64,000 nt of DNA, from the NCBI GenBank assembly GCA_964362665.1, contig CAYIFB010000004.1, forward strand, positions 13,349 to 77,348, read 5' to 3'. The position numbers and the translations under genes are program-made. The stretch is from an uncultured Gammaproteobacteria bacterium. GTDB lineage: Bacteria; Patescibacteriota; Microgenomatia; 2-02-FULL-39-11. The notes under the pieces were generated by a model. The model saw only the letters and a program-made list of their open reading frames with translations. It did no database searches and was not told the DNA's origin. Below are positions 49,228 to 59,120 of the stretch, in pieces (positions within the stretch are counted from its first letter, which is position 1; the number at the start of each line of letters is the position of its first letter).

Positions 49228-49281
49228 ATGAGAAGCAACTCTCTCTTAAATCTCGCTCTTCTCCTCCTTGGAGAGGTGTAA
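49228..49281 (+). CDS. Leu-rich leader peptide (MRSNSLLNLALLLLGEV)
   Basis: 17 codons, 7 of them Leu including a run of four (CTT CTC CTC CTT). It lies between the promoter and the attenuator hairpin. Confidence 0.55.
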   Translation: MRSNSLLNLALLLLGEV

Positions 49282-49324
49282 GCGTGGTTTGAGAGGGTAA
49301 GTTCTCATTTTTTAATAAATCTAA

Positions 49325-49351
49325 ATCTCTCTCAAACGAGAGATTTTTTTT
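49325..49351 (+). terminator. Attenuator terminator directly preceding the leuA start codon
   Basis: ATCTCTC-tcaaac-GAGAGAT hairpin plus T8 ending at 49351; leuA ATG is at 49352. Upstream GGAGAGG (49270-76) and GAGAGGG (49291-97) can pair alternatively with the CTCTCTC arm. Confidence 0.6.
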
Positions 49352-50536
49352 ATGCAACAAAAAATACACATCTTTGATACAACACTTCGGGATGGCGAAC
49401 AATCACCCGGAGCAAAACTTAATACTGACCAAAAAGTTGATCTAGCCAAACAGCTTGAAAAACTGGGTGTGGATGTGATTGAAGCCGGTTTTCCTATTTC
49501 ATCACCCGGTGATTTCAAATCTGTAGAAAAAGTGGCAAAAACAATAAAAAACTGCACTGTTTGTGGTCTTACACGCGCTCTAAAACGGGATATCGATTGT
49601 GCTTATGATGCTATAAAACACGCTAAATACCCTAGAATTCACACAGGTATCGGGGCATCGGACATTCATATAAAATATAAATTTAATTCCACCCGGGAAA
49701 AAATCTTAAAACAGGCTATAGAAGCTGTGAAATACGCCAAAAAATATGTTGACGATGTTGAGTTTTATGCCGAAGACGCAGGACGAGCTGATAATAAATT
49801 TCTGGTCTTAATGATTACTGAAGCAATTAAAGCAGGTGCAACTGTGGTCAATATTCCAGATACTACGGGTTACTGTTTACCGGAAGACTGGGGAGTAAAA
49901 ATAAAATATTTATATGAAAATGTCGCCAATATCCACAAAGCTCGTGTCTCCGTACATTGTCATGATGATCTTGGTATGGCAACTGCAAATACAATCTCCG
50001 GGGTGATAAACGGAGCCAGACAAGCGGAGGTTACCATTAATGGAATTGGTGAACGGGCCGGTAACACTTCGTTGGAGGAAGTTGTCATGGCAATCCATAC
50101 CTATAGAAATTCTTTACCATTTTATACAAAGATTAATACTCATGAGCTTTATAAAACCAGCCGGATGGTCTCGGAAATCATGGGAATTCCGGTACAACCA
50201 AATAAAGCAATCGTTGGAGTAAATGCCTTTGCCCATTCGTCAGGAATTCATCAGGATGGGATAATCAAAAGACGGGAAAATTACGAAATAATAGATCCGA
50301 AAATTATCGGGTTGGATTCATCTAAAATTGTTTTGACAGCCAGAAGCGGACGAGCTGCGCTTAGGCATAAGTTAAAAAATTTAGGGATTGATTTAACAAA
50401 GGATAAATTGGATATCTTTTATAAAGAATTTTTAAATTTCGCCGATCTGAAAAAAGAAATTCATGATGATGATTTGAAAGTTTTAATTAAAATCAGCAAT
50501 GATCAAACCTTAAAAAATAAATATTCCTCTATATGA
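49352..50536 (+). CDS. leuA: 2-isopropylmalate synthase/citramalate synthase family, short form lacking the C-terminal allosteric domain
   Basis: LRDGEQ and [13 protein letters not shown] blocks. At 394 aa it stops before the LeuA_dimer regulatory region. Followed by leuCDB. Confidence 0.8.
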   Translation: MQQKIHIFDTTLRDGEQSPGAKLNTDQKVDLAKQLEKLGVDVIEAGFPISSPGDFKSVEKVAKTIKNCTVCGLTRALKRDIDCAYDAIKHAKYPRIHTGIGASDIHIKYKFNSTREKILKQAIEAVKYAKKYVDDVEFYAEDAGRADNKFLVLMITEAIKAGATVVNIPDTTGYCLPEDWGVKIKYLYENVANIHKARVSVHCHDDLGMATANTISGVINGARQAEVTINGIGERAGNTSLEEVVMAIHTYRNSLPFYTKINTHELYKTSRMVSEIMGIPVQPNKAIVGVNAFAHSSGIHQDGIIKRRENYEIIDPKIIGLDSSKIVLTARSGRAALRHKLKNLGIDLTKDKLDIFYKEFLNFADLKKEIHDDDLKVLIKISNDQTLKNKYSSI

Positions 50537-51933
50537 AACCCAAGACGCTATTTGAAAAAATTTTGGGTTCTCATAGAGTATCTCTCAATCTGAATTCTCC
50601 GTCATTAATTTATATTGATATCCATTATCTTCATGAAGTGACATCTCCTCAAGCTTTTTATAATTTGAGGAAGAAAAAATTAAAAGTTCGCCGCCCTGAA
50701 AGAACTTTTGCTACTTGCGACCATAATGTTTCTACAACTAATCAATTTGAAATTAAGGATAAATTGTCGAATATTCAAATCAAGACTTTAAAAAAAAATT
50801 GCCGTGATTTTGGAATAAAACTTTACGGTTTGAATAATCCCAATCAGGGGATCGTTCATGTCATCGGGCCGGAGCTTGGAATTACCCAACCCGGTCAGAC
50901 CATAGTCTGTGGCGACTCTCATACCTCAACACACGGTGCCTTTGGCGCTCTGGCGTTCGGGATTGGCACAACTGAAATCGAACACGTTTTAACGACAAGC
51001 TGTTTGGTACAAAACCCGATGAAAACGATGCAAATTAAAATTACAGGAAATTTAAATAAAGGCGTCACGGCAAAGGATGTAATTCTGACAATACTGACAA
51101 AAATCGGGACTAAGGGCGGTTCCGGGTTTGCCATAGAATACTGCGGATCTTTAATCAATAAACTGAATATGGAAGAAAGAATGACAATCTGCAATATGAG
51201 TATTGAAGCGGGAGCCAGATGTGGAATTATAGCTCCTGACCGGAAAACTTTTGCCTATTTAAAGGGCAGATTATTTGTGCCAACAGGAAAAAAATGGAAT
51301 GAAGCTCTAAATTATTGGCAGACTTTAAAAACCGACAGAAATGCACACTTCGATAAATCAATTAATATTGATGCAAATAAAATAGAACCATTGGTCACCT
51401 GGGGTACTGATCCGTCAACAGGAATTAAAATAACACAAAAAATTCCGTCTCCCGAAACAGCGCAATCTCCTGAGGAAAAAATGTCACAGAAAAAAGCGCT
51501 ATCTTATATGAATTTGAAACCCGGCATGTCTCTTGAAGGTTTTTCTATTGATTATGTCTTTATTGGAAGTTGTACTAACGCCAGAATTTCAGATCTGAGA
51601 CAGGCTGCAATAATTGTGAAAGGAAAAAAAGTATCGGGAAGTGTAGTTGCTCTAGTCGTCCCCGGATCAAAACAGGTAAAGCTTCAGGCAGAAAAAGAAG
51701 GTTTGGATAAAATTTTTAGAGACGCAGGCTTTCAGTGGCGTTTCTCAGGATGTTCTGCCTGTATCGCCATGAATGAAGATAAAATTCCATCTGGAAAATA
51801 TTGTGTTTCTACCAGTAACCGTAATTATGAAGGCAGACAAGGCCCAGGTGCACGCACATTCTTGACAAGTCCTATCATGGCAGCTGCGGCAGCTATAGAA
51901 GGAAAAATTACTGACGTAAGAAAATTTTTATGA
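50533..51933 (+). CDS. leuC: 3-isopropylmalate dehydratase large subunit
   Basis: Aconitase-family blocks [24 protein letters not shown] and Fe-S Cys ligands. Confidence 0.9.
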   Translation: MKPKTLFEKILGSHRVSLNLNSPSLIYIDIHYLHEVTSPQAFYNLRKKKLKVRRPERTFATCDHNVSTTNQFEIKDKLSNIQIKTLKKNCRDFGIKLYGLNNPNQGIVHVIGPELGITQPGQTIVCGDSHTSTHGAFGALAFGIGTTEIEHVLTTSCLVQNPMKTMQIKITGNLNKGVTAKDVILTILTKIGTKGGSGFAIEYCGSLINKLNMEERMTICNMSIEAGARCGIIAPDRKTFAYLKGRLFVPTGKKWNEALNYWQTLKTDRNAHFDKSINIDANKIEPLVTWGTDPSTGIKITQKIPSPETAQSPEEKMSQKKALSYMNLKPGMSLEGFSIDYVFIGSCTNARISDLRQAAIIVKGKKVSGSVVALVVPGSKQVKLQAEKEGLDKIFRDAGFQWRFSGCSACIAMNEDKIPSGKYCVSTSNRNYEGRQGPGARTFLTSPIMAAAAAIEGKITDVRKFL

Positions 51934-52529
51934 AACATTTCATAAATATTATGTCAAATTGTATAACTATTCCGGAAGAGAATATTGATACCGACCAGAT
52001 CATCCCTGCTCAATTTTTAAAAACCACAAAAAAAGATGGCCTAGGTAAATATCTTTTTTATAATTGGCGTTTTGATAAGTTTGGTAAAACAAAGAAAAAT
52101 AATCGGTTCGACTATTCGAATCACCATATCAATAAAATATTAATTGCAGGAAATAATTTTGGTTGCGGATCAAGCCGTGAACATGCTGTCTGGGCTCTTA
52201 CCGACTTTGGATTTAAAGTTATCATCTCTTCATCTTTTGGAGATATTTTTTACACCAACTCTTTCAAAAACGGTCTGTTGTTGATTATAATCAAAAAAAA
52301 TGAAGTAGAAAAACTTTTTACGGCTGTTGAAAATCCCAAAACAAAAATAATTATAGATTTGGAAAAACAAACAATCGTCATTCCCTCAAAAAGTATTTTA
52401 ATCTCATTCCAAATCGACGAGTTTAAAAAAAATAATTTATTAAATGGTGCTGATGAGCTAGAATTCATCCTCTCACAGGAGAAAAAAATAGCAGAGTTTG
52501 AGAAAAAACATAAATTATATTTAATATGA
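51930..52529 (+). CDS. leuD: 3-isopropylmalate dehydratase small subunit
   Basis: NIDTDQIIPAQFLK swivel-domain pattern; 4-bp overlap with leuC. Confidence 0.85.
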   Translation: MKHFINIMSNCITIPEENIDTDQIIPAQFLKTTKKDGLGKYLFYNWRFDKFGKTKKNNRFDYSNHHINKILIAGNNFGCGSSREHAVWALTDFGFKVIISSSFGDIFYTNSFKNGLLLIIIKKNEVEKLFTAVENPKTKIIIDLEKQTIVIPSKSILISFQIDEFKKNNLLNGADELEFILSQEKKIAEFEKKHKLYLI

Positions 52530-53608
52530 ATAAAACTATCGCTATATTACCAGGTGACGGAATTGGCCCGGAAGTGGTCGAACAGGGTGTAAAAGTCTTA
52601 AAAGCGATAGCTTCTAAATTCCATCATCAGTTTATTTTTAAATTCGGTTTAATCGGCGCTGAAGCGATTGAAAAAACCGGTGTTCCTCTACCTGATAATA
52701 CTTTAAGTTTGTGTAGAGAATCTGATGCGGTACTCTTTGGCGCCATAGGAGATCCGAAATTTGACTTAGATCCAAAAGCTAAAGTCAGACCGGAACAGGG
52801 ACTCCTGAAACTGCGTCAATCATTAAAACTTTTTACGAATCTTCGACCTGTCAAACTTTATCAGGATTTAATAAATATTTCTCCACTCAAGAAAGAGAAA
52901 TTAAAAAATGTTGATTTAATGATTGTCAGAGAATTAACCGGCGGAATTTATTTTGGAGAGCCAAGACTTCGAAAAAATAATGGGAAAACAGCTGTGGACA
53001 CTTCAATATATTCCGTAGATGAAATTACCAGAGTTGCCAAGATTGCGTTTGAAATGGCATTAATAAGAAGAGGTAAAGTTACCTCTGTTGATAAAGCCAA
53101 TGTCTTGGAGACTTCCCGACTCTGGCGGGAAACTGTCACGGAAATTTCGAAGAATTATCCATCTGTCGAATTAAATCATATGTTTGTTGATAACGCTTCA
53201 ATGCAACTTATTAAAAATCCGTCTCAATTTGATGTTATTCTGACCGAAAATATGTTCGGTGATATTTTATCGGATGAAGCTTCGGTTTTAGCCGGATCAA
53301 TTGGACTACTCCCTTCAGCATCAATCGGTGAAAAAAATGCCTTATATGAACCGATTCATGGAGCGTTTAACAAGGCAAAGGGTAAAAATATAGCCAATCC
53401 GATCGGGTCGATATTATCCATCGCCATGATGTTGGAATTTTCCTTTAACCTTACTGAAGAAGCGCAATTAATTGAAAAAGCGATAAAAAAAACATTTTCT
53501 GAAGGATATAGAACTTCCGACCTAATTGATGTAAATACTCCTCAAAAAAAAATCTTAGGAACAAAAGAATTTACTGATTTGGTGGTAAAAAGTATCGATG
53601 AAAGTTAA
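52526..53608 (+). CDS. leuB: 3-isopropylmalate dehydrogenase
   Basis: NMFGDILSDEASVLAGSIGLLPSAS signature. Confidence 0.9.
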   Translation: MNKTIAILPGDGIGPEVVEQGVKVLKAIASKFHHQFIFKFGLIGAEAIEKTGVPLPDNTLSLCRESDAVLFGAIGDPKFDLDPKAKVRPEQGLLKLRQSLKLFTNLRPVKLYQDLINISPLKKEKLKNVDLMIVRELTGGIYFGEPRLRKNNGKTAVDTSIYSVDEITRVAKIAFEMALIRRGKVTSVDKANVLETSRLWRETVTEISKNYPSVELNHMFVDNASMQLIKNPSQFDVILTENMFGDILSDEASVLAGSIGLLPSASIGEKNALYEPIHGAFNKAKGKNIANPIGSILSIAMMLEFSFNLTEEAQLIEKAIKKTFSEGYRTSDLIDVNTPQKKILGTKEFTDLVVKSIDES

Positions 53609-54525
53609 ACTTTAGTCAACCAAGAATTATATTTTTTCTCTTTTCCCCGTACGATATCAAAAAATAATTTTTGGATTTTGGAGGTCAATGGGCCTATTTT
53701 AGAGCCGATCACTCTACCGTCAACTTCTGCAATCCAGGCAACCTGTGCCCCTGTTCCTGTCAAAAATGCTTCATCGGCAATATATACTTCGGTTCTGTCT
53801 ATTCTTCTTTCTTCAACCGGTATCTTTAAATCTTTTGCCAATTGAAGAATGGTTCTTCTTGTAATTCCTTCCAAAACATCTTCTGATCTGGCTGATGTGA
53901 TAAGAATCCCGTCTCTGATTATAAAAAAATTAGCCCCGCTTCCTTCAGCCACGTGCCCGTCCTGGGTCAACATCAAAGCATCATCAAATCCAAGCCTGAC
54001 CGCATCTCCTTTGGCAAGTGATGAATTTATGTAGCCTCCTGTAGCTTTTATTCGTGACGGAATCATATTGTCATTAATCCTGATCCAGTTGGAAACTGCA
54101 AGTTTTAATCCTTTACTTATGGATAAATATTCCCCAAGCGGAATCATATATATGGCCAGATCAAACTTGACCGGGTGAAGATCCGGCGAAATCTCATACG
54201 AAGAGGCATAAGCAAAAGGTCTGATATAACAATCAGAATGCGGATCGTTTTTTCTTGCTAGATTAAGAGTTAAGTCTACAAGCTCCTGATGCGTCAACTT
54301 TATTGACTTATTCAAGACTTTTATAGAATTTAAAAACCTCTGGAAATGGTCTTTGAGCCGAAAGATATTTATTTGCTTTTTATCATAAGACAAATAACCC
54401 CTTATCCCTCCGAAAACTCCGGTTCCGTACTGCAGGGCATTCGTCATGATGCTGACTTTTGCTTTTTCGATTGGTACTATTTCTTTTTCAAAAAATGCGT
54501 ATGTATAAGATTTATCTCCGGCCAT
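53605..54525 (-). CDS. ilvE: Branched-chain amino-acid aminotransferase (class IV)
   Basis: Class IV PLP fold blocks; convergent with leuB, with overlapping stop codons. Confidence 0.85.
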   Translation of the reverse strand: MAGDKSYTYAFFEKEIVPIEKAKVSIMTNALQYGTGVFGGIRGYLSYDKKQINIFRLKDHFQRFLNSIKVLNKSIKLTHQELVDLTLNLARKNDPHSDCYIRPFAYASSYEISPDLHPVKFDLAIYMIPLGEYLSISKGLKLAVSNWIRINDNMIPSRIKATGGYINSSLAKGDAVRLGFDDALMLTQDGHVAEGSGANFFIIRDGILITSARSEDVLEGITRRTILQLAKDLKIPVEERRIDRTEVYIADEAFLTGTGAQVAWIAEVDGRVIGSKIGPLTSKIQKLFFDIVRGKEKKYNSWLTKV

Positions 54526-54556
54526 ATTATTTTATTGGATTAATAATTATTCTGAC

Positions 54557-54973
54557 TTAACAGCAGGAACATTTCCCGCCACAATTTTCTTCGTTTCCTA
54601 AAACAGCAAGACATTCAATTTCCACCAGCGCATCTTGGGGTAAACGAGCCGCTTCTATAGTCGCCCGGGCCGGATACGGCTTTTGAAAATAAGTTGCATA
54701 CACCTCGTTCATTTGAGAAAAATCAGAAACATTTTTAAGATAAACCGTGGTTTTGACAACATCAGAAAAATCAGCTCCGGCAGATGAAAGAACGGCTTTC
54801 AGGTTTTCCAAAACCTGCTTTGTTTGCGCTGCAACTCCGCCTTCAACAAATTGATTTGTTTTTGGATCTTTCCCAACTTGCCCTGAACAAAAAATAAAAT
54901 TATTGATTACTACAGCTTGAGAATAAGGGCCTATAGCTCCCGGAGCCTTTTTGGTTTCAATTGCTTTTTTCAT
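54557..54973 (-). CDS. ridA: RidA/YjgF enamine/imine deaminase with unusual Cys-rich C-terminal tail
   Basis: RidA blocks (GPYSQAV, ARATIEAARLP, EIECLAV) plus an extra GNEENCGGKCSCC at the C-terminus. Confidence 0.8.
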   Translation of the reverse strand: MKKAIETKKAPGAIGPYSQAVVINNFIFCSGQVGKDPKTNQFVEGGVAAQTKQVLENLKAVLSSAGADFSDVVKTTVYLKNVSDFSQMNEVYATYFQKPYPARATIEAARLPQDALVEIECLAVLGNEENCGGKCSCC

Positions 54974-56838
54974 TCCTTATTTTTTCCCCCTTTTTTCAAT
55001 CTTTGATAAACTAATTCATTATAACCTTTTTCAAAAGCCTCAACAGCTGCAACGATTATATCAGGAGACGTCCCTTTTTCAACAACTTGCGTACCATACT
55101 CATCTTTTAATACCATCGTCGCTTCGACTGTAGCATCCGAACCAGTAGTTGGAATTTCCACCTGAAAATCAGTAAGTCTGAATTGTGTTTTGTCTTCCTT
55201 TTTAATGGCTGAAGTTATTGAATTTATGGCCGCATCCACCGGCCCGACTCCTTCCTGACTTATGTTGTAGTGATGGCCGTTCAATAATACTTTTACTTGT
55301 GCGACTGGCTTTTTTTTCTTGAATGTTTCGATATGAAAATCTTCCACCTCCAGAGTTTTTTTCCGCCTTTCATCCTGAATAACTGTTTCGATGATAGACT
55401 GCAGATCGGCTTTGGCAATCGATTTTCCTTTCACCTTGATAAATTTCTCGACAACATTTCGAACAATATTTACTGTTGCTTCATCCAAATCCATCTTAAA
55501 CTCTTTTTTAATTGATTCTTTTGCCTGGTTAAAATTTGGCACTGTGGTAAAAATATTTTTCTCTTTCTCCGCTGCGCCTGCCGCACGCAAAGTAAGTATT
55601 CCAGTTTTTAACACCCGATCCACTTCAGTAATGATTGGTTCAATTGTTGGAGGCTCTGCCAACACTTTCAGGGTCGTTGATGGATCTTTGAGTCCGGCAC
55701 CTGTTGCTACGCAAATTATCACTTCATCCTTTTTAAGGATTTTTCGTTTTATTAATTTTGATAAAGCTGCAATGACGGTTGCTGATGACGGCTCCACGTA
55801 CAATCCTTCCATTCTTGCCAAGGTTTGTTGAGAATGAAGCGTTTCATCATCCGTTACACTAACTGCCGCACCTTTTGAGTCTTTTAATGCTGCCATAACT
55901 TTCGGAGCATCAATTGAAATACCGCTGCAGGCAATAGCCGAACAAATAGTTTGTGCTTTATCAAGCGGCTTAACCGTGCTTTGAGTTTCATACGCGGTAA
56001 CAATAGGTGAAGCACCCTCCGCCTGTACAGCTATAATTCTAGGTAATTTTTTGATGAGTCCGAGTTCATAATATTCTTTAAACCCTTTCCAAATGTAGGA
56101 AAGGTTAGTTCCCATACCAACCGGCACTAAAACCCAATCGATTGTTTCAAACCGCAATTGTTCACAAACTTCGAAGGCGAGTGACTTTTGACCTTCTCCA
56201 CGAAATGCATAATCACCGGCTAAATAAAATCCGTATTTTTCAGAAACCTTCACACACAATCCGAAAGCGTCAGTATATGTACCCCGTACTTGTATAACAT
56301 GGGCACCATATGAAAGAGCTTGAGCAAGCTTTCCTTTCGGAGTATTTTCCGGAACCAAGACGTAACAAATCATACCAATCTGTCCCGCATACGCGGCAAC
56401 TGAAGCGGCCATGTTACCTGTTGAGGCTACACAAACAGTTTTATATCCCAGTTCTTTTGCTTTATGAAGCTCTACAAAACTTCCGCGATCTTTAAATGCC
56501 CCTGTTGGATTCATGCCTTCATTTTTTATATAAAGTCTGTTCAGATTTAATTTTTTTCCTAAATTTTGCGCATGATGAAGCGGGGTATTTCCTTCGCCTA
56601 AAGTTTTTAAATTTTGCCGATTTAAAAGCGGATAAAAATCCAGATATTTTAAGACTGATGGAGGTGCAGTTTGCATAAGGTATGAATTCATTTGATTTTT
56701 TAGCATTTCATAGTCATACACGACATCGAGCGGTCCGCCGCAGAATTCGCAGACCGTACAGTTTTGCCGTTCATCTGTTCTTTTTTTGCAAACAAAGCAG
56801 TGCAAATAATAAAAACAATTACTGGTGTGATTCATCAT
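54970..56838 (-). CDS. Fusion protein: N-terminal zinc ribbon, fold-type II PLP enzyme (threonine synthase-like), C-terminal LeuA-type allosteric/dimerisation domain
   Basis: Cys ribbon CxxC...CxxC at the N-terminus. PLP-lysine block NPTGAFKDRGS matches the ThrC 'PTxSFKDRG'. The C-terminal ~180 aa carry GVGPVDAAINSI and TTGSDATVEATMVL...GTSPDIIVAAVEAFEKGYN, typical of the LeuA_dimer regulatory domain. It sits in the ilvBN-x-ridA-ilvE operon. Confidence 0.6.
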   Translation of the reverse strand: MMNHTSNCFYYLHCFVCKKRTDERQNCTVCEFCGGPLDVVYDYEMLKNQMNSYLMQTAPPSVLKYLDFYPLLNRQNLKTLGEGNTPLHHAQNLGKKLNLNRLYIKNEGMNPTGAFKDRGSFVELHKAKELGYKTVCVASTGNMAASVAAYAGQIGMICYVLVPENTPKGKLAQALSYGAHVIQVRGTYTDAFGLCVKVSEKYGFYLAGDYAFRGEGQKSLAFEVCEQLRFETIDWVLVPVGMGTNLSYIWKGFKEYYELGLIKKLPRIIAVQAEGASPIVTAYETQSTVKPLDKAQTICSAIACSGISIDAPKVMAALKDSKGAAVSVTDDETLHSQQTLARMEGLYVEPSSATVIAALSKLIKRKILKKDEVIICVATGAGLKDPSTTLKVLAEPPTIEPIITEVDRVLKTGILTLRAAGAAEKEKNIFTTVPNFNQAKESIKKEFKMDLDEATVNIVRNVVEKFIKVKGKSIAKADLQSIIETVIQDERRKKTLEVEDFHIETFKKKKPVAQVKVLLNGHHYNISQEGVGPVDAAINSITSAIKKEDKTQFRLTDFQVEIPTTGSDATVEATMVLKDEYGTQVVEKGTSPDIIVAAVEAFEKGYNELVYQRLKKGGKNKE

Positions 56839-57317
56839 TTATATAACGCCGTTCGTCCTGTCCGGACAAACTCCAATATTTTATAAATTTTCATGTTGTC
56901 GTAAAAAGCATCAATTTTGTCTTCATCTCCCGTAACTTCAATCATCAGAGAATCTTTTGACATATTTATCACTCTGCCCCGAAAATGTTCTATAAGACGC
57001 AGTATTTCGCTTTTTTCTTCCCGGCCTTTTATTCCGATTTTAATTAAAGCTAATTCTCTGGAAACTAATAATTCGCCTAACACATCTTCAACTCTGATCA
57101 CATTAACAAGTTTATTTACTTGTCTGCAGATATTTAAAACCTGCTCTTTGTCTCCGCTGACGGTTATCGTAAACCTGGTAACTCCCTGTATTTCTGTATG
57201 TCCGACCGTGGCCGACTCGATATTGCACATTTTACGCCGGAAAAGCCATAAAATTCTATAAAAAACGCCGGGCTTATTTTCCGTCCAAATGATGATATTT
57301 GATAAGTCTTTTGTCAT
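56835..57317 (-). CDS. ilvN: Acetolactate synthase small (regulatory) subunit
   Basis: ACT domain plus the C-terminal AHAS small-subunit domain. Confidence 0.85.
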   Translation of the reverse strand: MTKDLSNIIIWTENKPGVFYRILWLFRRKMCNIESATVGHTEIQGVTRFTITVSGDKEQVLNICRQVNKLVNVIRVEDVLGELLVSRELALIKIGIKGREEKSEILRLIEHFRGRVINMSKDSLMIEVTGDEDKIDAFYDNMKIYKILEFVRTGRTALYK

Positions 57318-57318
57318 A

Positions 57319-59034
57319 TTAAATTTTCAACTCCTCTTTACAGATAACCATATCGTCGATCCCTGCTCCGGCCGGAATCATCGGAAAGACATTTTCTTCT
57401 GCTTCAACTACAAACTCCACTAAAAAGGGACCGCGGGCTTTTCTAGCTTTGGCAATTGCATATTTGGACTCTGATAACGTGGTTGCTTTCAAAGAGGGAA
57501 TACCAAAACCCTCACAAAGTTTTTGGAAATTGGGGTTTTTCAATGATACTTCTGAATAATTGCCTTTATAAAACAATTCCTGCCATTGTCTCACCATACC
57601 CAAAAAATTATTATTTAGGAGCGCTATTTTGACGGCAATTTTCTCCTGAACAATAGTTGCCAGTTCCTGCAAGGTCATTTGGATTCCTCCGTCACCTATC
57701 ACTATCCAAACTTCGCGTTTGGGATTAGCGTATTTGGCTCCCATCCCCGCAGGAAGAGCAAAACCCATTGTACCGAGACCTCCAGAGGTAAAATGACTGT
57801 TATAGGTAAGAAAATTAGAATATCTTGCTGCGTACATTTGGTTTTGACCAACATCCGCTACTATAGTCGCCAATCCTTTGGACTGCTTAGCTATTTCATT
57901 CACAACCTGTGCGGATTTGAGTTTTGGTGAATTTAATTCGATATCGTACACTTTTTCCTTTTCAATTTTTTTCCATTTCTGAAATCGGGACAGCCAACTT
58001 GGATTTTTCTTATTGATTAGCTTTGGAAAAATTTGGGTCAAAACTGTTTTCGCATCCCCCACCACACCGAGAAATGGCTTCACATTTTTACCAATTTCCG
58101 AAGGGTCAATATCAATATGGATTATTTTTGCCTGCGGCGCGTATCCTGCTACATTACTGGTCACCCTGTCATGAAAACGCATTCCAACCGCAAGCAAAAT
58201 ATCTGCTTGATTCGGGGCTTTATTTGCTGCAACATTTCCGTGCATCCCGGGCATCCCCATAAAAAGAGGGTGTGATGAAGGGATCGTAGACAGGGCAAGT
58301 TGGGTAAGGGTAATAGGAATATCCTGCCTTTCGGCGATTTTTAATAAAGTTTGTCCGTCCCCGGATAAAAGCATCCCATGTCCCGCAACGATTAATGGTC
58401 TTTCTGCATTATTTAAGAGATCCGCAATTTGCATTATTTCTATATTCGTGGCTTTCAGTTTAATTTTTTTCTTTAAATTTATGGATTTTGGGTAATTAAA
58501 CTCCGCATATGATGCTTGAGCGTCTTTGGCAATGTCGACCAGTACCGGACCTGGTCTTCCATTAGTTGATAAGTAAAATGCCTCTGTAAGACACTCTGCT
58601 ATATCTTCAGTTTTGGTAATTAAATAGTTATGCTTGGTAATAGGTAAAGTAATTCCTAAAACATCCGCCTCCTGAAAAGCATCCGTTCCGATAAGAGGAG
58701 AAGGAACCTGACCGGTAATGCAAACCATCGGAATTGAATCCATCATGGCATCAGCCAAACCTGTCACGAGATTAGTAGCTCCCGGACCGCTTGTCGCAAA
58801 ACACACACCCGGTTTACCTGTTGCCCAAGCGAAACCCTCTGCAGCATGTGCAGCGCCCTGTTCGTGCCGGACCAATACATGATGAATTTCCGGATATTTA
58901 TACAAAGCGTCGTAAATGGGTATATTAGCTCCTCCCGGATAGCCAAAAATTACGTTTATCCCCTGTCGCAGTAAACATTCACAAATAATTTCCGCGCCTT
59001 GGACTTTTTGTCCTTCTTTCAATCTAGTTTTCAT
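57319..59034 (-). CDS. ilvB: Acetolactate synthase large subunit (TPP-dependent)
   Basis: TPP-enzyme N, M and C domains; GDGG TPP-binding motif. Confidence 0.9.
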   Translation of the reverse strand: MKTRLKEGQKVQGAEIICECLLRQGINVIFGYPGGANIPIYDALYKYPEIHHVLVRHEQGAAHAAEGFAWATGKPGVCFATSGPGATNLVTGLADAMMDSIPMVCITGQVPSPLIGTDAFQEADVLGITLPITKHNYLITKTEDIAECLTEAFYLSTNGRPGPVLVDIAKDAQASYAEFNYPKSINLKKKIKLKATNIEIMQIADLLNNAERPLIVAGHGMLLSGDGQTLLKIAERQDIPITLTQLALSTIPSSHPLFMGMPGMHGNVAANKAPNQADILLAVGMRFHDRVTSNVAGYAPQAKIIHIDIDPSEIGKNVKPFLGVVGDAKTVLTQIFPKLINKKNPSWLSRFQKWKKIEKEKVYDIELNSPKLKSAQVVNEIAKQSKGLATIVADVGQNQMYAARYSNFLTYNSHFTSGGLGTMGFALPAGMGAKYANPKREVWIVIGDGGIQMTLQELATIVQEKIAVKIALLNNNFLGMVRQWQELFYKGNYSEVSLKNPNFQKLCEGFGIPSLKATTLSESKYAIAKARKARGPFLVEFVVEAEENVFPMIPAGAGIDDMVICKEELKI

Positions 59035-59053
59035 ATAAATACTCCTTAAAACT

Positions 59054-59084
59054 AAAAAAACCTCTCATTTTGAGAGGCTTTTTC
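59054..59084 (-). terminator. Terminator-like hairpin immediately upstream of the ilvB ribosome-binding site (candidate attenuator)
   Basis: On the minus strand, CCUCUCA-aaa-UGAGAGG followed by U7, then AAGGAG and the ilvB ATG 22 nt later. Confidence 0.45.
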
Positions 59085-59120
59085 TAATTTTTAATTTCTA
59101 ATTTTTAATTTCTAATTAAT
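59083..59120. repeat. 14-bp AT-rich tandem repeat, 2.7 copies (TCTAATTTTTAATT)
   Basis: Direct sequence inspection. It lies between the upstream gene stop (59220) and the ilvB leader hairpin. Confidence 0.7.
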
